From: Vicinamibacterales bacterium
GTDB taxonomy: Bacteria > Acidobacteriota > Vicinamibacteria > Vicinamibacterales > UBA8438
Direction of reading: 5' to 3'
Assembly (NCBI GenBank): GCA_965203565.1
Contig: OZ241896.1
Coordinates: forward strand, 876,182-940,181
Length of the DNA stretch: 64,000 nucleotides
Shown here: one piece after another, positions 7,001-16,559 of the stretch
Layout of the letters: every line of letters starts with the position of its first letter
Numbering within the stretch: the first letter of the stretch is position 1
Made by a program: the position numbers and the translations under genes
The notes under the pieces: generated by a model
Told to the model about the DNA's origin: nothing
What the model saw: the letters and a program-made list of their open reading frames with translations, nothing else
The model's database searches: none

Positions 7001-8194
7001 GTGTCCAGGCAGTCGATCCGCGATCTCGACCTGACGGGCAAGCGCGTCCTGATCCGCGTCGACTTCAACGTCCCGATCGCGGACGGCAAGGTCGGCGACG
7101 ACACGCGGATGCGATCGGCGCTGCCCACGCTCCGGTACGCGCTCGGCCGCGGCGCGACGCTCGTGCTCGCATCGCACCTCGGCCGTCCGCAGGGACGGCC
7201 GCAGGCCGCTCTCAGTCTGCGGCCGGTGGCGGACCATCTGTCGGCGCTGCTGGACAGGCCGGTCCGCTTCGCCGCCGACTGCGTGGGCGAGCCGGCGCGC
7301 CGCGCCGTCGCCGCGGCCGGGCCGGGCGGCGTGGCGCTGCTGGAGAACCTGCGGTTCCACGCCGAAGAAGAACGGAACGACCCGGCGTTCGCGGCGGCCC
7401 TCGCGGCGCTCGCGGACGTGTACGTGAACGACGCGTTCGGCGCCGCGCACCGCGCCCACGCCTCGACCGCCGGCGTGGTCGCCCACGTCCGGGACGCCGG
7501 GACCGGACTGCTGATGGACGCCGAGCTGGAGCATCTCGGGTCGCTGCTCGCCGATCCCGCCCGGCCGTTCGTCGCGATCCTCGGGGGCGCGAAGGTGTCC
7601 GGGAAGCTCGACGTCATCGAGAACCTGATCGAGCGCGTCGACGCGCTGCTCGTCGGCGGCGCGATGGCGTACACGTTCCTCCGCCGACGCGGCCTGCCGA
7701 CCGGAGGTTCGCTGGTCGAGCCCGAACTGCTCGACGCGACGCGGCGGGTCGAGGAAGGGGCGCAGGCCCGCGGCGTGGATCTGCAACTGCCGTCCGACCA
7801 CGTCGTGGCGGACCGGATCGAGGCCGGCTCGCCTTGCGAGACGCTGGCCGTGACGGACGCCGCGATCGGCGGCCGGGCGGGCGTGGACGTCGGACCGCGC
7901 ACGCGCGCCGACTACGCCGCCGCTGTCGCGCGGGCGCGCACGGTGGTGTGGAACGGTCCGATGGGGGTGTTCGAGATCGATGCGTTCGCGGCGGGGACGA
8001 TGGCCGTCGCGCGCGCGGTCGCCGAAACGCCGGCGCGGACCGTCGTCGGCGGCGGCGACTCGATCGCCGCCGTCGCCAGGGCCGGCGTGCGGGACCGCAT
8101 CACGCACGTGTCGACCGGCGGGGGCGCGGCGCTGGAGCTGCTCGGCGGGCGGACGCTCCCGGGCGTCGCCGCCCTGCCCGCCCGACGTCGCTGA
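7001..8194 (+). CDS. pgk: Phosphoglycerate kinase
   Basis: Tail of track ORF 6242..8194: VSRQSIRDLDLTGKRVLIRVDFNVP...ASHLGRP...LLENLRFH...GGGDS. The start is GTG 7001; an in-frame TTG at 6986 is also possible. Confidence 0.9.
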   Translation: MSRQSIRDLDLTGKRVLIRVDFNVPIADGKVGDDTRMRSALPTLRYALGRGATLVLASHLGRPQGRPQAALSLRPVADHLSALLDRPVRFAADCVGEPARRAVAAAGPGGVALLENLRFHAEEERNDPAFAAALAALADVYVNDAFGAAHRAHASTAGVVAHVRDAGTGLLMDAELEHLGSLLADPARPFVAILGGAKVSGKLDVIENLIERVDALLVGGAMAYTFLRRRGLPTGGSLVEPELLDATRRVEEGAQARGVDLQLPSDHVVADRIEAGSPCETLAVTDAAIGGRAGVDVGPRTRADYAAAVARARTVVWNGPMGVFEIDAFAAGTMAVARAVAETPARTVVGGGDSIAAVARAGVRDRITHVSTGGGAALELLGGRTLPGVAALPARRR

Positions 8195-8218
8195 CGCCGC
8201 CGCGCGGAGGGAAACGGC

Positions 8219-8986
8219 ATGAGGACGCCTTTCGTCGCCGCCAACTGGAAGATGCACAAGACGGTGCGCGAGGCGCTGGTCTGGGCCGAGACGTTCCGCC
8301 GGCGCATCGAAGCCGTGCGCGGCGTGGAGATCGTGGCGGCGCCGCCGTTCACGGCGCTGCACGCGGTGGCGGCGGCGCTCCGGGGCAGCGCAGTCGGCGT
8401 GGCCGGCCAGGACCTGCATACCGAGCCCGAGGGCGCCTTCACCGGCGCAGTGAGCGGCGGCATGCTGAAGGAGGCCGGGGCCGACTACGTGATCGTCGGG
8501 CACTCGGAGCGCCGGCGGCTCTTCGGCGAAACGGATGCGGCCGTCAACGCGAAAGTGCGCGCCGCGATCGGCGCACGGCTCGTCCCGATCCTGTGCGTCG
8601 GGGAAACGCTGGCCGAGCGCGACGCGGGGAGGACGTTCGAGGTGCTGGACCGGCAGATCGGCGCCGGCCTGGCGAACCTGTCCGCGGCGGAGGCCGAAAC
8701 GCTCGTGGTGGCGTACGAGCCGGTCTGGGCGATCGGCTCCGGCCGCAACGCCGCGCCCGGCCAGGCGCAGGCGGCGCACGCGCACGTCCGGCGACGCCTG
8801 GCCGGGACGCTCGGGGAGGCGAGCGCCGCCGCGCGGCGGATCATCTACGGCGGCAGCGTCAAGCCCGCCAACGCCGGAGCGCTCTCGGCGCAAGCGGACG
8901 TGGACGGCGCCCTGGTCGGCGGCGCGGGCCTCGACGCCGGCGGCTTCGCCGAAATCGTGGCGAGCAGCCGCGCCGCAGCGGTATAA
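8219..8986 (+). CDS. tpiA: Triosephosphate isomerase
   Basis: MRTPFVAANWKMHKT..., GHSERR, AYEPVWAIGSG, YGGSV. Confidence 0.93.
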   Translation: MRTPFVAANWKMHKTVREALVWAETFRRRIEAVRGVEIVAAPPFTALHAVAAALRGSAVGVAGQDLHTEPEGAFTGAVSGGMLKEAGADYVIVGHSERRRLFGETDAAVNAKVRAAIGARLVPILCVGETLAERDAGRTFEVLDRQIGAGLANLSAAEAETLVVAYEPVWAIGSGRNAAPGQAQAAHAHVRRRLAGTLGEASAAARRIIYGGSVKPANAGALSAQADVDGALVGGAGLDAGGFAEIVASSRAAAV

Positions 8987-8995
8987 TCGTCAGCC

Positions 8996-9355
8996 ATGTT
9001 GAGCATCGTCCTGTCGGCGCTGTACGTGCTGGCCTGCCTGCTGCTGGTGGTGGTGGTCCTGCTGCAGCAGGGCAAGGGCGGGGACATCGCCGCCGCCTTC
9101 GGCGGCAGCGGCAGCCAGGCGGCGTTCGGAGCCCGCGCCGGCGCGACGGTGCTGACGCGCGCCACCACCGTGCTCGGCGCCGTCTTCATGGTCGGCGCGA
9201 TGGTGCTCGCCATCATGGGCCAGCGCGGTCCGGCGTCGCTCCTCAGCGGCGTCGAGGGGGCCGACCCGCCGGCCGGCGCGGCGGAGACCGCGCCGGCGGA
9301 GACGGCTCCCGCGGACGCGGCGCCGGCCGGGGAACCGTCGGAAGCGCCCCGGTAG
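8996..9355 (+). CDS. secG: Preprotein translocase subunit SecG
   Basis: LLVVVVLLQQGKGGDIAAAFGGSGSQAAFGARAGATVLTRATTVLGAVFM is typical SecG. The gene sits in the conserved tpiA-secG-tRNA-Leu context. Confidence 0.85.
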   Translation: MLSIVLSALYVLACLLLVVVVLLQQGKGGDIAAAFGGSGSQAAFGARAGATVLTRATTVLGAVFMVGAMVLAIMGQRGPASLLSGVEGADPPAGAAETAPAETAPADAAPAGEPSEAPR

Positions 9356-9376
9356 GCGTCGTCCCCCAACCGGCCA

Positions 9377-9463
9377 GCGGAAGTGGCGGAACCGGCAGAC
9401 GCGCCAGCTTGAGGGGCTGGTGGTGGCGACACCGTGGGGGTTCGAATCCCCCCTTCCGCACCA
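9377..9463 (+). tRNA. tRNA-Leu (anticodon GAG), type II with long variable arm, encoded CCA
   Basis: Acceptor stem GCGGAAG/CTTCCGC. Anticodon stem CCAGC/GCTGG with loop TTGAGGG (GAG, G37). Variable arm TGGTGGCGACACCGT. T arm GGGGG-TTCGAAT-CCCCC, then A-CCA. Confidence 0.9.
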
Positions 9464-9498
9464 ATCTCGCCGAGGCGGCTAAACCCATACCCTGACCG

Positions 9499-10194
9499 TC
9501 AGTCTTCTTTCCAGGGGTTGTTCGCGAAGATCGCCAGCTCCGGCCAGAGCGCGCGCGGGGGCATCCGGAGCGCCGCCATGATCGTCTCCGCGACGTCGGC
9601 GGCGTACAGCTTGTTCGGGTTGTTGCGCCCGGTCCGCCCCATCCAGTCGGTCTGCACCTCGGACGGGCAGACGCAGGTGACGTGCACCCCGTGCGGACGC
9701 AGCTCGGCCTGCCAGCACTGGCTCAGGCCGCGCACCGCCCACTTGCTCGCGGCGTAGACCGTGCCCCCCTTCGCCCCCTTCATGCCGGACGTGGACGCGA
9801 CGTTGAAGACGTAGCCGCGCTGCTGCGCCCTGAGCAGCGGCGCGACGCGGTTCGTCAGATCGACGAGACCGAACACGTTGACGTCGAACAGCGCCCGCAT
9901 CCGATCCACGTCGACGCCGCCGACCTCCGCGAGGTAGCCGACGCCGGCGTTGTTGACCAGCACGTCGATGCCGCCCATCCGCTCGACGCACGCCTCGACC
10001 GTGCGCCGGTTGTCGTCGGCGCGCGCCACGTCCGCGCGCAGGCCGTAGGCGCCGGTTTCGGCCGCCGTCTTCGCGATGCGCGCCTCGTCGCGCCCGGTGA
10101 AGACGACGTCATGCCCCTCCCGGCGCGCGAGGGCGACGAGCGCAGCGCCGATCCCCTGGCTGCCGCCGGTGACGAGAAAGCGTTGCCTGTCCAT
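9499..10194 (-). CDS. Short-chain dehydrogenase/reductase (SDR)
   Basis: MDRQRFLVTGGSQGIGAAL (TGxxxGIG), NNAG, YAASKWAV (YxxxK). The ATG at 10194 was chosen inside the longer track ORF 9499..10302. Confidence 0.85.
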   Translation of the reverse strand: MDRQRFLVTGGSQGIGAALVALARREGHDVVFTGRDEARIAKTAAETGAYGLRADVARADDNRRTVEACVERMGGIDVLVNNAGVGYLAEVGGVDVDRMRALFDVNVFGLVDLTNRVAPLLRAQQRGYVFNVASTSGMKGAKGGTVYAASKWAVRGLSQCWQAELRPHGVHVTCVCPSEVQTDWMGRTGRNNPNKLYAADVAETIMAALRMPPRALWPELAIFANNPWKED

Positions 10195-10345
10195 GGTGAT
10201 GGCTCCTCGGGTTGCGCGGCGGACGGCCGGCCGGAGAAAGGCGTCGCCCGCCGCGTCCGGAGCCACAGTATAAAGGTGGAGCCCCCCGCGGGGCTCCACC
10301 ACCGGACTGCTTGGCCCCGGCAGGCCGCTTGACGTTACGATCAGC

Positions 10346-11275
10346 GTGATGTCCTCTTCCCCTGCGGGCCGGACGGCCGTCGATGCCGCTACGCCGCCGG
10401 CCGGACGGCTGCGCGACTACGTCCGGACGCTGCGCCCGCTCCAATGGGTCAAGAACCTCCTCGTGTTCGCGCCTCTCGTGGCGGCCCACGAGACCCGGCC
10501 GGAGATCTACCTGGCCGCGGCCGGCGTCTTCGCGGCCCTGTCGGCTTGCGCGTCCGGCACGTACGTCCTGAACGATCTGGTCGACCTTCCGTACGACCGC
10601 CGGCACGGCGCGAAACGGCGCCGCCCGCTGGCGGCCGGCGCCGTGGATGCCCGGCCGGTGAGCCTCATCGCCGTCGTGCTCGTGGCGGGCAGCCTCGCCG
10701 CGGCCTTCCGGCTGTCCGAGGCGGCGGGACTGTGCGTCCTGCTGTACCTCGCGGCGACCGTCGTCTACTCGCTGGCGCTGAAACGCCGGAGCTTCATCGA
10801 CGTCGTAACGCTCGCCGGCCTCCTCACCATACGCGTGGTCGCCGGCGGCGCGACGGCCTCCATCGCGCTGTCGCCCTGGTTCCTCGGCTTCTGCATGTTC
10901 CTCTTTCTTGCGCTGGCGATCGTCAAGCGGCAGCGCGAGCTGTACGCGATGGTCGAGGCCGGCCGGGACGCGGCGGCCGGGAGGGCCTACTGCAAGGAGG
11001 ATCTGCCCGTGCTGGCGGCGCTCGCCGCAGCCAGCGGGTTCGCCTCGGTGGTGGTGCTCGCCCTCTACATCTCCAGCCCGGCGGTGAACGAGCTCTACGC
11101 CCGGCCGGAGTTCCTCTGGCTGATCTGCCTGCTGCTGATCTATTGGATGGGGCGCCTGATGCTGCTGGCGGGCCGCGGGACGATCGACGACGACCCGGTG
11201 GCGTTCACGGTGCGCGACCGGGCAAGCTGGCTGACGGCCGCCGGAATAGCGGCCGGGTTCACGGCCGCCCTGTGA
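10346..11275 (+). CDS. UbiA-family prenyl-phosphate phosphoribosyltransferase (decaprenyl-phosphate PRPP transferase-like)
   Basis: Polytopic membrane protein with LRPLQWVKNLLVF and the NDLVDLPYDRRH Asp-rich motif. It is followed by DprE1/DprE2-like genes. Confidence 0.75.
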   Translation: MMSSSPAGRTAVDAATPPAGRLRDYVRTLRPLQWVKNLLVFAPLVAAHETRPEIYLAAAGVFAALSACASGTYVLNDLVDLPYDRRHGAKRRRPLAAGAVDARPVSLIAVVLVAGSLAAAFRLSEAAGLCVLLYLAATVVYSLALKRRSFIDVVTLAGLLTIRVVAGGATASIALSPWFLGFCMFLFLALAIVKRQRELYAMVEAGRDAAAGRAYCKEDLPVLAALAAASGFASVVVLALYISSPAVNELYARPEFLWLICLLLIYWMGRLMLLAGRGTIDDDPVAFTVRDRASWLTAAGIAAGFTAAL

Positions 11276-11294
11276 CCGGCGCGGGACCACCGGC

Positions 11295-12626
11295 ATGAAG
11301 CTGTCCGGTTGGGGGCGGTATCCGGTGATCGACTGCCGCACGGCGCGGCTCCGGCGGGGCGAGGACCTGCCCGCCCTGCTCCGGCCCGGCGCGTCGTTGA
11401 TCGCCCGGGGCAACGGGCGCTCCTACGGCGACGCCGCGCTCAACCCGGATCTCACGCTTTCGATGCTGGCCATGGACCGGATGCGGTCGTTCGACCCCGC
11501 CACCGGCCTGCTGACGTGCGAGGCGGGGACGCTGCTGGCCGACGTCCTGGACGTCTTCACGCCGCGGGGCTGGTTCCCGCCGGTCGTGCCGGGCACGAAG
11601 TTCGTCACCGTCGGCGGCATGGCGGCGGCGGACGTGCACGGCAAGAGCCACCACCGGGACGGCTCGTTCGGCGCGCACGTGGAGTCGTTGACCCTGGCGG
11701 CGGCGGACGGCGCGGTGCGGACGTGCAGCCGCGCCGAGAACGCCGACCTGTTCCGCGCCACGGTCGGCGGCATGGGACTGACCGGCGTCATCCTGTCGGC
11801 GAGCTTCCGGCTCCGGCGGGTCGAGAGCGCGTTCGTCATGGCGGAGACCGTGGCGGCGCGCGACCTCGACGAAACGATGGCCGTGTTCGAAGCGTCCCGG
11901 GACTGGCCGTACAGCGTGGCGTGGGTCGACTGTCTGGCGCGCGGCGCGAAGCTCGGCCGGGGGCTGGTGATGCGCGGAAGGTTCATGGCGCGCCGCGACC
12001 TGCCGGCGCAGCTCGCGCGCAATCCCCTGCGCCCTGCGCCGGCGGGCGGACTGACGGCGCCGTTCGACGCGCCGGGCGCGCTGCTCAACCGGGGCTCGGT
12101 CGGCCTGTTCAACGCCCTCTGCTACCGGCGCGGGCGCGCGCGCGGCGGGCCTCGGCCGGTCCACTTCGACCCGTTCTTCTTTCCGCTCGACCGGATCGAC
12201 GCCTGGAACCGCCTCTACGGGCGCAAGGGGTTCGTCCAGTACCAGTGCGTGCTGCCCAAGGACCGGAGCGCGGCCGGCATGGCCACGCTCCTGGAGCGTA
12301 TCGCTTCGACCGGACAGAGTTCGTTCCTCACGACGCTGAAGCTGTTCGGGCCCGAAGGCGACGGGCTGCTGTCGTTCCCGATGGAGGGGTACACGCTGGC
12401 GCTCGACTTTCCGATGCGCCGGGGGACGCTGGCGCTGCTCGAAGCGCTCGACGGCGTCACCCACCGGCACGGCGGACGCGTCTATCTCGCCAAGGACGCC
12501 CGGTGCGCGCCGGAGCGGCTGCGGCGCGGATATCCCCGCTACGACGCCTTCGCCGCCGTGCGCGCGGAAGCGGCCGGCGCTCCTCCCCGATTCGAATCGG
12601 CGCTCTCGCGCAGGTGCCTGATGTGA
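11295..12626 (+). CDS. FAD-binding oxidase, DprE1-like (polyprenyl-phospho-ribose 2'-oxidase-like)
   Basis: MKLSGWGRYP...ARGNGRSYGDAALNPD...VPGTKFVTVGGMAAADVHGKSHH (FAD-binding PCMH type). The stop overlaps the next start (ATGTGA). Confidence 0.75.
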   Translation: MKLSGWGRYPVIDCRTARLRRGEDLPALLRPGASLIARGNGRSYGDAALNPDLTLSMLAMDRMRSFDPATGLLTCEAGTLLADVLDVFTPRGWFPPVVPGTKFVTVGGMAAADVHGKSHHRDGSFGAHVESLTLAAADGAVRTCSRAENADLFRATVGGMGLTGVILSASFRLRRVESAFVMAETVAARDLDETMAVFEASRDWPYSVAWVDCLARGAKLGRGLVMRGRFMARRDLPAQLARNPLRPAPAGGLTAPFDAPGALLNRGSVGLFNALCYRRGRARGGPRPVHFDPFFFPLDRIDAWNRLYGRKGFVQYQCVLPKDRSAAGMATLLERIASTGQSSFLTTLKLFGPEGDGLLSFPMEGYTLALDFPMRRGTLALLEALDGVTHRHGGRVYLAKDARCAPERLRRGYPRYDAFAAVRAEAAGAPPRFESALSRRCLM

Positions 12627-13420
12627 GCGGACGGCGGTCTCCGCCTGGACGAACCGGAAGCGGAGTCAGGAGCGAGCCGGGCGAGCCGGCGGGCGCGGCG
12701 CTCGTGATCGGGGCCACCTCGGACATCGGCCGCGCCGTCGCGCGCAAGCTGGCGGACGGCGGCTGGTCGCTCCAGCTGGCGGGGCGCGACCTGGCGCAGC
12801 TCGACAGAGAGGCGCGGAACCTCCGCGTGCGCACCGGCGCGGACGTCGCCGCCCACCGGTGCGACGTGCTGGAGGCCGGCGGCGGCGCGGCGCTGCTCGA
12901 CGAGCTGGACCCGTTGCCCGACGTCGCCGTCTGCGTCGTCGGTCTGCTCGGCGATCAGGCGGAAAGCCAGCGGGACGCCGCCGCGGCGGAGCGGGTGATG
13001 CGGACCAACTACGTCGGCCCCGCGCTGCTGCTGGGGGCGGTCGCCGACCGGTTCGAGCGGCGCGGGAGCGGCGTCCTGGTCGGCGTCAGCTCGGTGGCGG
13101 GCGAGCGCGGGCGCGCTTCGAATTACGTCTACGGCTCGGCCAAGGCGGGACTGTCGGCGCTGCTCGGCGGGCTGCGCCACCGGCTGGCGGCGTCCGGGGT
13201 CCACGTGGTCACCGTCAAGCCGGGGTTCGTCCGCACGCGCATGACCGACGGGATGGACCTGCCGGCGCGGCTGACCGCGCAGCCGGAGGAGGTCGCCGCC
13301 GCGGTCGTCGCCGCGGTCCGCCGCCGCCGGGACGTGGTGTACGTCCGCCGGATCTGGCGGCCGATCATGTTCGTCCTGCGCGCCGCGCCCGAACGGATCT
13401 TCAAGCGGATGCAGGTGTGA
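12623..13420 (+). CDS. SDR reductase, DprE2-like
   Basis: Tail of track ORF 11309..13420: ALVIGATSDIGRAVA..., SSVAGERGRASNYVYGSAKAGL (YxxxK). GTG 12623 is coupled to the upstream stop; the start is uncertain. Confidence 0.7.
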   Translation: MSGRRSPPGRTGSGVRSEPGEPAGAALVIGATSDIGRAVARKLADGGWSLQLAGRDLAQLDREARNLRVRTGADVAAHRCDVLEAGGGAALLDELDPLPDVAVCVVGLLGDQAESQRDAAAAERVMRTNYVGPALLLGAVADRFERRGSGVLVGVSSVAGERGRASNYVYGSAKAGLSALLGGLRHRLAASGVHVVTVKPGFVRTRMTDGMDLPARLTAQPEEVAAAVVAAVRRRRDVVYVRRIWRPIMFVLRAAPERIFKRMQV

Positions 13421-13457
13421 TCGTCGTCCGGAAGTCGGACGCGCGCGCCGCGCCCCG

Positions 13458-15290
13458 CTACGGCAGGGCGAACGCCAGCACGTGGTTGGTCGAGACGACG
13501 GCGACGTACTGCTTGCCGTTGACCTGGTACGTCAGGGGGCTGGCGCGGATCGGCCGGTTGTGCTCGTACTGGAACAGCGGGTCGCCGGTCCGGGCGTCGT
13601 AGGCGTACAGTGCGCCGAGGTCGGTTCCCTGCCACACCAAGTCGCCGGCGGTCGCCAGGTTGCCGCTGGCGCCGATCGCCGAGGAGGTCGGCGCAACCTG
13701 CTGCCAGACCAGCTCGCCGCTGATCGGCTCGTAGGCGCTGACCGTGAACATCGGGACCATGTCGTCGCGGATCGGGCCTTCCGCTATCACGTCGAAGTGG
13801 CCGTCGCTCTCGCCGGTCACCAGCGTGTCGCCGACCGGGTTGACGGTGAACGCGATGCCGCCGTCCTTCCCGGTCACGTACAGCAGACCGGTGCGCGGGC
13901 TGAACGAGGGCGGCCCCCAGCTTCCGCCGCCGTGCGCCACGATGTAGAACTCCTTCACCGAGTACGGCGTGTAGATCTGCCGCGCGCGCTGCTTCGCCTC
14001 CGGATCGGTCAGGATCGGGTAGGTGGCGCAGAACGGCGTCATCGGGACGCCGCGCGCGTTGTACGGGATCGGCTGCGTCGGCCAGACCTGCTCGCCCGGC
14101 ACGTCGGTGGCGGTCGGCACCGCCGTCTCCACCATCGGGTTGATCGGCTCGCCCGTCTCCCGGTCCCACAGGTACAGCAGACAGTTCTTGCCGGCCGCCG
14201 CCACGCCCTTCACCGTCCGGCCGTCCCGCGTCGCGTCGAACAGCAGCGGCCCGGTCACGTGGTCCCAGTCCCACAGGTCGTGGTGCACCGCCTGGTAGTG
14301 CCAGACGAGCCGGCCGGTCTCCAGGTCCAGCGCGATCGTCGCGTTCGTGAACAAGTTCATCCCCGGCCGCGCCGAGCCGTCGTAGTCGGGCGACGGGTTG
14401 CCGGAGTTGACGTACAGGAGGCCCAGCTCCGGATCGATCGCCGGCGGGGTCCAGATGCCGCCGCCGACCTTCTGCCCGTCGCCCCACGTGTCCCTGGCGA
14501 TCTCCCAGCCGTCGTCGCGCGGTCCCTGCGGCACGGTGTTGAACACCCACCTGATTTGGCCGGTCTCCGCGTCGGCCGCAATCACCAGCCCGCCCGGAAT
14601 GTGGTTCTCCGACAGCGCCACCCCCGCGTACAGCGCGCCGTCGTGATGGACGGGCGGGGTGGTCAGCCGGTAGCCGAGGCCGTAGGCGTTCACGCCCGGC
14701 GGATAGTCGTCCGGATACTTGAACTCCAGCGCCTCGCTGATGATCTCCAGCCGGCCGCCGGTCCCGAACGACTCGACCATCTCGCCGGTCTTTCCGTCCA
14801 CGGCGTACATCGACGCGCCGCCGAAGGCGTACAGCCGCCCGTCGCCGTACGTCGGGCCGCGGCCGCGCGCCTCCAGGTCGTCCGCCAGGCGCGTGGTCCA
14901 GATCGTCTCGCCGGTGGCGGCGTTCACCGCGAACGCGGTCGAGCCGGCGTTGACGTACATCACCCCGTCGACCACCAGCGGCGTCGCCTGCGTGATGGCG
15001 TTGGCGGCGCCCGCCTCGAACGACCACGCCAGCTCGAGCCGGTCGACGTTCGACGCGTCGATCTCGTCGAGGTCGGCGTACCGGCTGCCCCGGACGTCGA
15101 GGTTGTGCAGCGGCCAGTCGTACTGACCGCCCGCCGTGATGCGCGGGAGCGGCGAATGACGGGTGGTCCGTCCCACCTCCTCCTGGGCCGCTGCGCCGTT
15201 CGTCTCCGCCGCGGCGGCGAGAGTCAGGAGCGCCGCCGCGGCCGAAGCCGCCGCGCGTGTCTTCGTCCGGTTGCAGTCGTCTATGCGCAT
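13458..15290 (-). CDS. PQQ-dependent (quinoprotein) dehydrogenase-like beta-propeller, secreted
   Basis: ATG 15290: MRIDDCNRTKTRAAASAAAALLTLAAAAE (signal). It has repeated W-motif propeller blades (..GETIWTT.., ..GRLVWHYQAVHHDLWDWD.., ..GELVWQQ..). Confidence 0.75.
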   Translation of the reverse strand: MRIDDCNRTKTRAAASAAAALLTLAAAAETNGAAAQEEVGRTTRHSPLPRITAGGQYDWPLHNLDVRGSRYADLDEIDASNVDRLELAWSFEAGAANAITQATPLVVDGVMYVNAGSTAFAVNAATGETIWTTRLADDLEARGRGPTYGDGRLYAFGGASMYAVDGKTGEMVESFGTGGRLEIISEALEFKYPDDYPPGVNAYGLGYRLTTPPVHHDGALYAGVALSENHIPGGLVIAADAETGQIRWVFNTVPQGPRDDGWEIARDTWGDGQKVGGGIWTPPAIDPELGLLYVNSGNPSPDYDGSARPGMNLFTNATIALDLETGRLVWHYQAVHHDLWDWDHVTGPLLFDATRDGRTVKGVAAAGKNCLLYLWDRETGEPINPMVETAVPTATDVPGEQVWPTQPIPYNARGVPMTPFCATYPILTDPEAKQRARQIYTPYSVKEFYIVAHGGGSWGPPSFSPRTGLLYVTGKDGGIAFTVNPVGDTLVTGESDGHFDVIAEGPIRDDMVPMFTVSAYEPISGELVWQQVAPTSSAIGASGNLATAGDLVWQGTDLGALYAYDARTGDPLFQYEHNRPIRASPLTYQVNGKQYVAVVSTNHVLAFALP

Positions 15291-15370
15291 GGTCGTCCGT
15301 TCCGTGTCTGTCGGGGCGGCGATTCGATGGTCAGGTCGTCGATGTCGGAAGCTGTCGGCGGCGCAGCAGG

Positions 15371-16507
15371 TCAGAAGAGCAGCAGGAACGAATCGTCGGG
15401 CCGGACGACGGCGGCCGGGGCGCTGCCGCTCGGCACCGTCGCGCCGGCGCCGCGGCGCCGGGTCGGGCGGCCGTCCGCATCGAAGATCCGCCAGTGCAGC
15501 GCGCCGCCGGCGCGCAGGCCGGGGCCGTCGCCCCACGCCAGCAGGACGTCGCCGCGGCGGTTCGCCGCCACCGCCGGATTCTTCCGCCGAAAGCGCGCCT
15601 CCCCTTCCGGCGCGGCCGGATCGTCCAGCCGGTCTGTCGGCGCCACGTACACCTGGCCGTCCGTCTCCCACGCCACCCGCACGGCGTCCGGCCCCCGGCT
15701 CAGCGTGGTGGTGGTCACCGGGCAGGCTCCGATCCGCCAGTCGTGGACCGGCCGGTCGTCGAACGTCCGGCCCCGGTCGCCGGACGTGAGCAGCCGCTGC
15801 CCGCGCCGCACGTTCTCGCCGGCGCTCCGGTACGAGACGTGCACCGCGCCGGCGCCGTCGGCCAGGGCGGCCATGTTGCAGCATCCGCAGGCGCCCTCGC
15901 CGTCCTTGCTGACGCGGCGGGCCGCGCCGAACGTCTCGCCGCCGTCACGCGACGCCGCCGCGTGCACCGCCCGGTGCGCGTCCTCGCGGCCCCCCGCGTG
16001 CCAGAAGACGAAGACGGCGCCGTCCTTGTCCGCGGCGACCGCCGGCGCCGCCTCGAAGCTGCCGTCGTCCTCCGTCCACAACGTCCGCTGCGGCTCGAAC
16101 CCGTCCCCGTCCGGCAGGCTCCGCGCGTAGAAGATACGGGTCGGGTCGGTCTGGAACCAGACGACGTGGAGCCGGCCGTCCCGCCCCTCCGCCACCTGCC
16201 CGCCGTCGATCGGGCCGACCCCGATCGCCGACCGGGGCCGGCTGTTGACCCGGACCGGCGCGGTCCAGTCCGGCGCGTCCGGCTCCCGCTTCACGTACAG
16301 GACGTCGCCGCCGCTCATCACCCCTTCGAAATAGACCACGTGGACGACGCCGGCGGCGTCGACGACGGCGCGCGGCATCCGTCCGCCCTCCGGGATCCGC
16401 ACCACCTCGACCGCCGCGCCGCCCAGCAGGGCGCGGGCCGACCACCCCCCGGCCACCGCCGCGGCGGCGGCGACGCTCAGCCAGGCCGCCGCGCGCTTCA
16501 TCGGCAT
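15371..16507 (-). CDS. Secreted BNR/sialidase-like beta-propeller protein (function unknown)
   Basis: MPMKRAAAWLSVAAAAAVAG signal, with repeated S-x-D-G-G-x-T-F/W-like blades (ASRDGGETF, TSGDRGRTF). Confidence 0.55.
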   Translation of the reverse strand: MPMKRAAAWLSVAAAAAVAGGWSARALLGGAAVEVVRIPEGGRMPRAVVDAAGVVHVVYFEGVMSGGDVLYVKREPDAPDWTAPVRVNSRPRSAIGVGPIDGGQVAEGRDGRLHVVWFQTDPTRIFYARSLPDGDGFEPQRTLWTEDDGSFEAAPAVAADKDGAVFVFWHAGGREDAHRAVHAAASRDGGETFGAARRVSKDGEGACGCCNMAALADGAGAVHVSYRSAGENVRRGQRLLTSGDRGRTFDDRPVHDWRIGACPVTTTTLSRGPDAVRVAWETDGQVYVAPTDRLDDPAAPEGEARFRRKNPAVAANRRGDVLLAWGDGPGLRAGGALHWRIFDADGRPTRRRGAGATVPSGSAPAAVVRPDDSFLLLF

Positions 16508-16559
16508 ACGCTAACGGGATTCGCGCGGCGGCGCAACAGAATCTCTATACTCGCCGGCG

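Noticed and set aside
10275-10300. Perfect 11-bp GC hairpin GGTGGAGCCCC-CCGC-GGGGCTCCACC in the SDR/UbiA divergent intergenic region
   Set aside because: There is no U-tract on the plus strand and only TTTAT on the minus strand. No upstream gene exists for which it could serve as a terminator. It is likely a chance GC-rich palindrome or a small REP-like element, and a single copy gives insufficient evidence.
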